Source of the DNA: Deinococcales bacterium
GTDB lineage: Bacteria; Deinococcota; Deinococci; Deinococcales; JAAFIG01
Assembly: GCA_013298185.1 (NCBI GenBank)
Contig: JAAFJQ010000001.1
Span: forward strand, 26,272-85,761
Direction: 5' to 3'
DNA: 59,490 nucleotides
In this document: positions 52,221 to 59,490 of the stretch, piece after piece
Position numbering within the stretch: the first letter of the stretch is position 1
Layout: each line of letters begins with the position of its first letter
Notes under the pieces: generated by a model
What the model was told of the DNA's origin: nothing
The model's input: the letters and a program-made list of their open reading frames with translations, nothing else
The model's database searches: none
Position numbers and translations under genes: made by a program

Positions 52221-53139
52221 GTGGAACTGACCTTCTCGAGTCTTGCCAGTGCGATCAGTTGGTTGTTTGTGCTGCTGACCTACCAGCAATACCGTGAACG
52301 GGGTAAAACCCATCAGCTTTTGTGGACACTCGGTATGGCAAGTTTTGCTTTGGCAGTCACGGCTGATACGGTGGCTCGAGCGCAGGGCGGGTGGGGCGAA
52401 TCGGGGTTATCGCATTTGGTATTTTTTTGGGGCAATGCACGGGGTGACACTGCTTGGACATGGGACACTGATGCTCTTAAACCGTCAAGCCTGGACACAG
52501 CGTTTGCTCGAGGTGGTGGTGGTGCTGATGCTGGTCAGTTTGGTGATTGTGCTGAATGCACCGATTGATTTTACGAAGTTAGGGCAGCCTTTTGAACCCA
52601 AAGGCACGGCGTTTCCCAGCATTGAACAAATGGGTTTTGCCACACCGCGTTTTTGGACAATTCCGTTTAATTTGTACGGCACACTTTGGTTGGTTGGCGG
52701 CGCATTATACTCGAGTTTGTCGTTGTGGCGCAGTCATCGCCCAAGAGCCATTGGCACATTGCTGATTGCACTGGCGGGTTTGATGCTGGCTGGCGTCTCG
52801 AGCCTGAACCGCTTTGGCATTGATTACCTCGAAGCCATTGGACGCATGGTTGGCGTGGCGGTGTTGTTTGTTGGGTTTTTATTCACCACCCTCGAGGCAG
52901 ACGCCCTGCCCAAAGTCAATTTACCCAAAATCCCACCGCTTGTCTTGGCAGCCGTTTCAGGTTGGGGTTTGGCTTTAGCGGCTTTTTTTCAACTCGAGCC
53001 AGCTGCTTGGAAAGCCTTGGTTGAGTACCCCGGGCTTTTTTTAATTGCAGCAATTCTGGTTGGTATGTTCTGGTTGGTGCTGCAAAAAGCCCGTCAACGC
53101 GCCAAGCAATTCACTGACTCGAGCCAAAATCAGCCCTAA
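52221..53139 (+). pseudogene. Polytopic membrane protein gene with an apparent 1-nt frameshift at a G4 run (52403-52406)
   Basis: Frame A gives a TM-like N-terminus (LASAISWLFVLLTY, LLWTLGMASFALAVTA) up to ..AQGGWGESG. Frame B continues YRIWYFFGAMHGVTLLG.. through 53139. Removing one G joins them (..GWGESGYRIWYFFG..). Confidence 0.45.
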
Positions 53140-53144
53140 AGATG

Positions 53145-54218
53145 CTATGCCACCTGCACTTTTAAGACCTTAAATCCCTTGGCATTGACCACTGTCTCGA
53201 GCCGACCAAGTTTTGACATCGGTGCTTCGTAAGGCAGGAAATGATTTGCCACCAAGTACACTTCGCAGGTTTTAGCAGCGTGGCGCTGAGCAGCCGCAAT
53301 AAACTCGAGCGCAACATCTAAGCGCATGTCCCGCCCAACATGAAACGGCGGGTTCATAACAATTAAATCAAATTTTTCTTTTAACCCAAGGGCGCTGTCC
53401 ACATCCGAATGCAGCACCGTACCAGTCAGTCCATTCGCTGCTAAGGTATCCACAGAACTCTGGACGCTCAAAGCATCATCCTCGAGCAGTGTCACGGTTG
53501 CTCCCTCGAGCGCCAAGAACCCCGACAGTACTCCGTAACCCGCGCCAATATCCAGCACTTTGCGTCCAGCCCCACTTGGCAGATGCTCGAGCAGTAAACT
53601 GCTGGCAGCATCCAATTTGCCCGAAGCAAATGTTCCAGCATAAGCCACAGCTTTCAGCGTTTGCCCTCGAGCGGTCATCTCAAAGCGCATTGGCTCAAGT
53701 GGGTTTGGGGTTTCGAGATTGGTTTTCTCGAGTCGTGCCACCCGATAACCCTTGCCTCGAGCGATAATTTCCGTTTCGCCAAAAAGTTTCCCTGCTTCTT
53801 TGATGTACCGGTCAAACCCTTTGTCTTTGTCGCCTGCCAAAAACGCCACACCGCCGGCTTTGGTACAACGCCACGCCTCGAGCATGATCTGCTGCACCCG
53901 AGCATTACCGCGCTCACCGTTTAGAATCGCAATCACACAATCGGCATTGTCAAAAATGCCAATTGGTAAACCTGTTTGGGCAAGGCAACTGAGCGCCGCC
54001 GCGCTCGAATCAGAAACCACCACCTTTGCGCCTTTTGAAGCCAGTGTCAAAGCCACCGCCCCGCCTCGAGCTGATAGGTCTGTGACCGTACCGAAGGTGT
54101 GTTCTTCCAGCGCCTCGAGCAACAGCACTTGGCTCGGCTCGAGATACGGAAAACTTGGCAAGCCTGCTTTGCTATACCCAAATGGCTCGAGGGGAATCAA
54201 ATCAAAATAACCACTCAT
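53145..54218 (-). CDS. Class I SAM-dependent methyltransferase, RsmC/RlmG-like (methyltransferase small domain)
   Basis: VLDIGAGYGVLSGFLA (motif I) and DLIVMNPPFHVG (the NPPF/H motif of N-methylases of exocyclic amines), with a duplicated N-terminal domain. Confidence 0.65.
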   Translation of the reverse strand: MSGYFDLIPLEPFGYSKAGLPSFPYLEPSQVLLLEALEEHTFGTVTDLSARGGAVALTLASKGAKVVVSDSSAAALSCLAQTGLPIGIFDNADCVIAILNGERGNARVQQIMLEAWRCTKAGGVAFLAGDKDKGFDRYIKEAGKLFGETEIIARGKGYRVARLEKTNLETPNPLEPMRFEMTARGQTLKAVAYAGTFASGKLDAASSLLLEHLPSGAGRKVLDIGAGYGVLSGFLALEGATVTLLEDDALSVQSSVDTLAANGLTGTVLHSDVDSALGLKEKFDLIVMNPPFHVGRDMRLDVALEFIAAAQRHAAKTCEVYLVANHFLPYEAPMSKLGRLETVVNAKGFKVLKVQVA

Positions 54219-54280
54219 GGCTTAGGAGTTTACGGTATGCGACAAGTAAAACCAAATACGGTAAACTCGAGCATCTGTCC

Positions 54281-54934
54281 ATGGAACTCAATCAAGCTTT
54301 TTTCCGCGATTCCTTTAGCCCAACTGAACTTGATTTGGTGCTGGCGCAAGGCTGGCGGCATTTTGGTAATTATTTTTTTCGTTACTCGAGTTTGCCAAGT
54401 GGTTTGCAAATTCAGCCTTTGCGAATGCGTTTAGCTGATTTTGTGATGAACCGCTCGCAGCGCCGCGCTTGGCAACGCAATTTGGATTTACACATCGAAG
54501 TCAAAACTGCTCAGATTTTGCCCGAGTACCAACATTTGTTTGAACTGCACAAAACCCGATTTACCGAAAACATTCCGGACCAACTCGAGGGTTTTTTAGG
54601 GTACGAACCAGAAAGCATTCCTTGTGATACTCGGGTGATTTGTGTATCCAACGAGCAAGACCTTTTGGCAGCACATTTTATTGATGTAGGCGAAAACAGC
54701 CTCTCGAGTGTTTACTCGGTCTACAACCCAAATCATGCTGAACGCAGCTTAGGGACGTTGACGATTCTTTTGGCGATTCAGTACGCGCAAAACTCAGGCA
54801 AGCGTTGGTACTACCCGGGGTATGCCACCAAAGAACCCAGCCATTACGACTACAAGAAACGATTTGCTGCCCTCGAGTACTTTGATTGGCGAGTCTGGAA
54901 AGCATTCACAGCAACTAAGCCAGTTGCCAGTTGA
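54281..54934 (+). CDS. bpt: Arginyl/leucyl-tRNA--protein transferase (Bpt/ATE family)
   Basis: From the ATG at 54281: ..LVLAQGWRHFGNYFFRYS.. and a C-terminal GNAT-like part with ..SVYSVYNP....SLGTLTILLAIQYA...G.RWYYPGY. Confidence 0.7.
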   Translation: MELNQAFFRDSFSPTELDLVLAQGWRHFGNYFFRYSSLPSGLQIQPLRMRLADFVMNRSQRRAWQRNLDLHIEVKTAQILPEYQHLFELHKTRFTENIPDQLEGFLGYEPESIPCDTRVICVSNEQDLLAAHFIDVGENSLSSVYSVYNPNHAERSLGTLTILLAIQYAQNSGKRWYYPGYATKEPSHYDYKKRFAALEYFDWRVWKAFTATKPVAS

Positions 54935-54954
54935 CGCAAACGCCAAAACACGAG

Positions 54955-55380
54955 ATGCTATTGACCATGACCAAAACCGAAACGTATATGGCATGGCTCA
55001 ACGAACAAGGCTACCGCCCCGAACTCGACAACGACCAAGACATTGCCTTCAAGCACGAACGCATTAACTTTGTGCTGTTTGCCAATGAAAAAGACGAAAC
55101 TTTTTTTCGTCTGATGGTTCCGTTTTTTTGGGAACTCGAGACGGAAGAAGAAACCGAACGTGCCACAAAGGTAATCATGAAACTCAACACCGACTACAAA
55201 GCCGCGAAGTTTTATATTATGCAAAACGATGTCTGTGTGGCAATTGAGAGTTTCTACGGGCAAGTTGAAGATGTTTTTCCTGTGCTGGGTCGGCAAATTG
55301 ACCTTCTTGCCAGTGCCATGCGAGAATTTAGGCAAGTGATGCGCGAAGAAGCCCCTAAGCCGCCATTGGCACAAGCTTGA
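54955..55380 (+). CDS. YbjN-like (putative sensory transduction regulator/chaperone fold) protein
   Basis: ..WLNEQGYRPELDNDQDIAFKHERINFVLF....ETFFRLMVPF fits the YbjN family. The start is uncertain (ATG 54955, 54967 or 54988). Confidence 0.55.
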   Translation: MLLTMTKTETYMAWLNEQGYRPELDNDQDIAFKHERINFVLFANEKDETFFRLMVPFFWELETEEETERATKVIMKLNTDYKAAKFYIMQNDVCVAIESFYGQVEDVFPVLGRQIDLLASAMREFRQVMREEAPKPPLAQA

Positions 55381-55426
55381 AATTTTAAGAATAGCTCACA
55401 GCTCGAGTCTCGGGTATTCTGGTCGT

Positions 55427-55984
55427 ATGATTCAAACCGCGTATCTAAAAAACCAAGCGGTGCTGACCACAACTGATTTGAGGCTCGAGCAGTTAAGCGA
55501 ACAGCATTTTGATAATTTGTTCGCGGGTATCAACCAGCCTGAATCACGTAAGCTAACCGGAACGCATACGGTTTTTACGCCTGAAGCAGTGCGAACTTTT
55601 TTAACGGGTTTACCTGCTCGAGATGACCGAGCTGATTGGGCAATGATCCGAGTTTCTGATGGGGTTTTTCTAGGTGAAGTGGTGTTGAATAACTTGGATT
55701 TGGATAATCAAAGCATGAATTTTCGGATTGGATTAGCAAAACCAGAATTTTATGGCTTGGGATACGGCACGCAAGCCACTCGAGCTGTGGTTCAGTATGC
55801 TCTGGATACGGTAGAACTACATCGAGTTAGCCTTGGAGTCTATGCGTTTAATCCTCGGGCGAAACGGGTTTACGAAAAATGCGGTTTTGTGCAAGAAGGC
55901 ATTGAGCGTCATGCACTGCTTTGGGATGGTCAATGGGTGGATCAGATCATCATGTCAGTGCTGGCGACTGACCCTCGGGTTTGA
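55427..55984 (+). CDS. GNAT family N-acetyltransferase (RimJ/RimL-like)
   Basis: ..GLGYGTQATRAVVQYALDTVELHRVSLGVYAFNPRAKRVYEKCGFVQEG is the acetyl-CoA binding core. Confidence 0.8.
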   Translation: MIQTAYLKNQAVLTTTDLRLEQLSEQHFDNLFAGINQPESRKLTGTHTVFTPEAVRTFLTGLPARDDRADWAMIRVSDGVFLGEVVLNNLDLDNQSMNFRIGLAKPEFYGLGYGTQATRAVVQYALDTVELHRVSLGVYAFNPRAKRVYEKCGFVQEGIERHALLWDGQWVDQIIMSVLATDPRV

Positions 55985-57287
55985 ATTTTTTAGGCGCAAT
56001 GGGAAAAATCAGTCGTACCAATAAACCACCTTGTTCGGCACGGCTGAACTCGAGCCTCCCATGATGCCGTTGCATCACCGATTCAACCAATGCCAAACCC
56101 AGCCCCGAACCTTCGATGTTTTGTGAACCCAAACCGCGCTGAAACGGGCGGCGAATCCGCTCAAACTCAGTTGGGGCAATTCCAGCCCCGTTATCGGCAA
56201 TTTCAACGATGACATTTGTGGCTTGTTGATAGGTTCGCACCCAAATGCTCGAGCCAATTGGCGTGTGCCGTATGGCATTGTTGATGATGTTACCAACAGC
56301 CAGCCGCAGGGCTTCAGGGTCGCCTTGAATCGGTGTGGAAAGAAGCTCTAACTCGAGGTGCTGTTGTTTTTCTTGTAGGTTTGCCGAAGCTGCCTCACAG
56401 ATTTCTAGGGTCAGGTCAGCCAAATCCATGTTTTTTTGGGTCAGGGTTGTTTCAGAAAACAACAGCAAATGCAGCACCAAGTTTTTCATGTCTCGAGCCG
56501 ATTTTTCTAAACCCATCAAGGCAGTCTGATACTCGAGTTGGCTGCGTGGTTGCTCGAGGGTCAATTCGATGCGTGCCAATAATTTGGTCAGTGGCGTGCG
56601 TAATTCGTGAGCCGCCGCCAAAGCAAAAGCCCGTTCATGTTGCAAAGCCGCCTCGAGCCGTTCCAGCATGGCGTTGACGGTTGAAGTCAGTTGGGTCATT
56701 TCGTCTTGCCCAAGGGGTACGGGAACACGCTCATGGACTTCGCCAGACAGGGCAATTCGCTTTGCCATTTGGGAAACTGCGCCAATCGGACGAAATGCTC
56801 GCCCAACCAGTGCATAGCCACTGCTAAGCCCAATCAAAGCCAAGATCGGAATGCCCCAAAAGAGCAAGCGCCGCAACGACTCGAGGGTGTTTTGGGTGTC
56901 CGTCTCGAGCCGCGCGGCTTGTACCCAATAACCATTTTTGGCTTGCAGCATGGCAACGCGGTAGCCCGAGACGCTGCGAATTCCTTGGGTGAAAACTGGT
57001 GAGACAGGGCTTTGGTCTAGGCGCTGACTGAGCGAATTTGTGTTGGAAAACACCGTGAAGAAAGCAGCATCGGCGGGTTTGTTTGGTGAGTCGCGAGGTG
57101 GCAGTGAATTTGGGTCGCGTCCAGAGTTGTACGGACGGGCAAAATCTTCAGCAGCTTGCCAAAGCCACCTGTCCAGCACTTGGTACAGACCTGCTTGGGT
57201 GGTCAGGTACACCGCTGAGCCGATGGTCACGCCAATCAACACAATCAATGCGGTGTAAAGCAGCGTTAAACGCCAACGTAAACTCAT
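55950..57287 (-). CDS. Sensor histidine kinase (2 TM, HAMP, HisKA, HATPase_c)
   Basis: H-box AAHELRTPL, N-box NIINNAIRHT, G-boxes DNGAGI and GSGLGLALV. Confidence 0.85.
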   Translation of the reverse strand: MSLRWRLTLLYTALIVLIGVTIGSAVYLTTQAGLYQVLDRWLWQAAEDFARPYNSGRDPNSLPPRDSPNKPADAAFFTVFSNTNSLSQRLDQSPVSPVFTQGIRSVSGYRVAMLQAKNGYWVQAARLETDTQNTLESLRRLLFWGIPILALIGLSSGYALVGRAFRPIGAVSQMAKRIALSGEVHERVPVPLGQDEMTQLTSTVNAMLERLEAALQHERAFALAAAHELRTPLTKLLARIELTLEQPRSQLEYQTALMGLEKSARDMKNLVLHLLLFSETTLTQKNMDLADLTLEICEAASANLQEKQQHLELELLSTPIQGDPEALRLAVGNIINNAIRHTPIGSSIWVRTYQQATNVIVEIADNGAGIAPTEFERIRRPFQRGLGSQNIEGSGLGLALVESVMQRHHGRLEFSRAEQGGLLVRLIFPIAPKKFKPEGQSPALT

Positions 57288-57940
57288 GAACCACCCAAAC
57301 GATAACCACGTCCACGCACGGTTTCAATCAAATCCAAATGCAGTTTTCGGCGCAGGCTCGAGACATAGACATCCACGATTTTGGTGGTCACACTCGAGTC
57401 ATTTGACCAGATGCGCTCAATCAAATCCTCGCGGCTAAAAATCCTGCCTGCGTTCAAAGCAAAATACTCAAGCAGGGCGTATTCCCTCGAGGTCAAATGC
57501 ACATCTTGAACTTGCTGCGCGGCTAAATCCATTTGAAAACCAAAAGGCAAGACCAAGACATTGCTCGAGCGCCCAGCCGAACGCCGCACCAACGAACGCA
57601 GCCGAGCGCGTAACTCACGAAAATCAAAAGGCTTAGCAAGGTAATCATCGCCGCCAAGTTCCAAGCCACGCAACTTGGAATTGATGTCACCTCGAGCCGT
57701 TAAAAATAAAATCGGGGTGTGCAGACCAGCTTGGCGCAGGCGCTGCGCCAGTAAGAACCCAGCCTCAATGCCTTCGGGCAGCATCACATCCAGCACAATC
57801 GCGGCATAGGTGTCTAAGCTGCCAAGGGCAAAACCTTCCGCAGCATTGGGGGCATGTTCGGTGACAAAACCATCCTTGGTTAAGCCCTCGAGCAGTAGGG
57901 CTGCCAGTTCTTGGTCATCTTCGATCAGCAAAACCCGCAT
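57284..57940 (-). CDS. OmpR/PhoB-family response regulator
   Basis: Receiver MRVLLIEDD...LDVMLPE..., plus a winged-helix output LTSREYALLEYF....IFSREDLIERIW. A 4-nt overlap joins it to the kinase gene. Confidence 0.9.
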   Translation of the reverse strand: MRVLLIEDDQELAALLLEGLTKDGFVTEHAPNAAEGFALGSLDTYAAIVLDVMLPEGIEAGFLLAQRLRQAGLHTPILFLTARGDINSKLRGLELGGDDYLAKPFDFRELRARLRSLVRRSAGRSSNVLVLPFGFQMDLAAQQVQDVHLTSREYALLEYFALNAGRIFSREDLIERIWSNDSSVTTKIVDVYVSSLRRKLHLDLIETVRGRGYRLGGS

Positions 57941-57948
57941 GGCAAATT

Positions 57949-58995
57949 CTAAGCTCCGACCACCCGTTCGACAAACCAGTATGCCCCAGCCGCAATCACC
58001 GCCAAGGATGCCACGCGAATGGTCAGTGCGGCGTTTTTGGGGTCAGACCGCCGCAGCCATGCCAGAAGTGGTGCAACCAGCAGCACAATGCACATCTGAC
58101 CAATTTCCACGCCACCATTGAACGCCAGCAAAGACCAACCCAACGCGGCTCGAGGGAGTTCCATTTCAAGAAGCGCACCCGCAAAACCAAAACCATGAAT
58201 AAAACCAAAGCCAAAAGCCAACATCGTGCGGACATCGTGTTTGTGTTTGAACAAACTATGCACCCCAACAAAAACAATGCTGGCAGCAATAATTGGTTCA
58301 ATCAAATTGGCAGGAGGATTGAGGATTTGTAAAGTCGCCAGCGCCAATGTGATGCTGTGCGCCAAGGTAAAAGCCGAAACAATTTTCAGGAGCTGCCACA
58401 AATTCCCGCCCAGCAGCAACAAACCCACGATAAACAAAATATGGTCGGGTCCAATAAAAATATGGTGAATCCCTTCGAGTAAAAAATTCCAAATCACTTG
58501 CCAAACAGATTGCTGACTGGTCTGAATTGTAGATTCGGTTTTATTGGCATCAAAAATCAGTTGTTGCTCGAGGTTATTTTGCTCATAGACATCCAAAAAC
58601 GTTTTATGCAAAAGGTTATCAGGAAACAAATTCACACGTACCAAAAACGATTCTTGAATCGGCGCAAGCTGCCAAGTGGCTTGGATTTCCTTGCGGCTTG
58701 GCATGGCTTGGAATTTGAAGTCAGTGAACGTGAGCGCCTGACCCGCCACCTCGAGAACAAGCCGATTTTGCAGCAGTGTTTGAATTTGCGGCTCGAGTTT
58801 AGCGAGGTTTTGGGCTTGCAGCAATTGCTCTGGGCTGATGTTACCAAGTTGTCGAGCCAAGTCTTTAACAGGCATCTCGAGTTGGATTTGGCTGGGTTGG
58901 TTTAACTCGAGTTTGATGTGACTAAAAGAAATTTCGTGGGCTTGGGCAAGACCAAAAAAACACCAGAGGACGAATAACAGAATTTTTATTTTCAT
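57949..58995 (-). CDS. HupE/UreJ-family membrane protein (HupE_UreJ_2-like)
   Basis: Signal peptide, an N-terminal soluble domain, then EGIHHIFIGPDHILFIVGLLLL and further TMs with FGFIHGFGFAG. Confidence 0.6.
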   Translation of the reverse strand: MKIKILLFVLWCFFGLAQAHEISFSHIKLELNQPSQIQLEMPVKDLARQLGNISPEQLLQAQNLAKLEPQIQTLLQNRLVLEVAGQALTFTDFKFQAMPSRKEIQATWQLAPIQESFLVRVNLFPDNLLHKTFLDVYEQNNLEQQLIFDANKTESTIQTSQQSVWQVIWNFLLEGIHHIFIGPDHILFIVGLLLLGGNLWQLLKIVSAFTLAHSITLALATLQILNPPANLIEPIIAASIVFVGVHSLFKHKHDVRTMLAFGFGFIHGFGFAGALLEMELPRAALGWSLLAFNGGVEIGQMCIVLLVAPLLAWLRRSDPKNAALTIRVASLAVIAAGAYWFVERVVGA

Positions 58996-59039
58996 GATTG
59001 AACCGTCCTAGTTTCCAAAACGGGTTGCTCGAGTGAGCT

Positions 59040-59385
59040 ACTTACAGGCAAATAAAACACTGCGACCTCTTAGGAACTCCCCCACGCTGTCTTGACCCTA
59101 AAGACGCACCTGTCGGGCTGGGTCGCTCGTTCCTCGCGTTTCCCCCTAAAAGAGGGGGGCTTAAAAACCCAAGACCTTGCTTTTGACCTTAGAACCCCTC
59201 AAGAGCTACGGCTTGCACACATCTTGTTGTTTATCTGGGGACAATTAAACGAGAAAATCGGCAGCTCGAATTTGCATTTCCTCTCACAGGGAGGACACAG
59301 GGATCCTCCCCTACAGGAAAATTGCGTCATACACAGGTAAACCGTAGGGACAGGCGACCATGCCCGTCAGCAGCCGTGTTAAAAG
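59040..59385 (-). ncRNA. Candidate structured non-coding 3' region of the IS110-family element (possible bridge/seek RNA); boundaries unknown
   Basis: About 345 nt with no credible ORF lie between the transposase stop and the hupE-like start. Several stems are visible on the minus strand (GACGGGC/GCCTGTC, GGGAGGA/TCCTCCC, CCCCCT/AGGGGG, GACCC/GGGTC). Confidence 0.3.
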
Positions 59386-59490
59386 TCAAGCCCCAACCCC
59401 CTCTATTTTTGCCAGCGTCATGTCAACCCACGGAGTACGGTCACGCACAATGATGTGCAACACAGCCAATAGTTTACGCATACACGCCAC
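59386..59490 (-). mobile_element. IS110-family transposase gene, C-terminal end (truncated by the window edge)
   Basis: The minus strand reads ..VACMRKLLAVLHIIVRDRTPWVDMTLAKIEGVGA*. The ACMRKLL..L......D.TPW tail is characteristic of IS110/IS1111 (Transposase_20) proteins. Confidence 0.7.

Noticed and set aside
52294-52400. A GTG start at 52294 for the membrane protein, giving an intact 281-aa ORF.
   Set aside because: The first ~35 residues of that frame look non-genic, whereas the overlapping frame from 52221 gives good TM helices. A frameshift model explains both frames better, though an internal start such as the ATG at 52436 cannot be excluded.

Overview
This is a 59.5 kb stretch of bacterial chromosome, about 50% GC by eye, with strong GGAGG-type ribosome-binding sites. 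A Thermus-type IspG, a bacterial HerA-NurA pair, a glyQS T-box, XisH/XisI, Uma2, a GGGGCGCAG-type palindrome and intergenic heptamer repeats point to Chloroflexota or Deinococcota. I cannot resolve the lineage from this window. Most of the window is housekeeping and transport: ispG-ispE-ispD, apaG, a dppBC-like permease pair, two LacI regulators, an ECF sigma/anti-sigma pair, hflX, glyQS, livFGMHJ, a GH57 enzyme, a sugar ABC uptake operon, an rsmC-like gene, bpt, and an operon encoding a HupE-like protein, a response regulator and a histidine kinase. Accessory patches are as follows. (1) A tRNA-adjacent island (8.3-11.3 kb) holds vapBC, xisHI, a degraded higA-like gene and yefM-yoeB, separated by three copies of a conserved repeat. 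(2) A higBA pair. (3) A four-gene, translationally coupled SMC-like/Toprim operon (39.1-47.0 kb) resembles Wadjet (JetABCD/Mks). Its subunits are atypical: a 1450-aa JetC with a D-N Walker B, and a JetA-position protein with an N-terminal HxxxCxxC anti-sigma-like zinc motif. (4) Three secreted NTF2-fold genes and a cytochrome P460, where two highly diverged paralogs share a ~91% identical 110-nt structured leader. (5) The 3' end of an IS110-family element with a long structured non-coding tail. The strongest sequence-level signal is a roughly 20-35 fold excess of the palindrome CTCGAG, in genes (all three codon phases) and in spacers. Other signals are families of intergenic heptamer tandem repeats, a hairpin-packed 380-nt convergent spacer, and four genes interrupted by an in-frame stop or a homopolymer frameshift. 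All family assignments come from motif recognition by eye; no searches were run.
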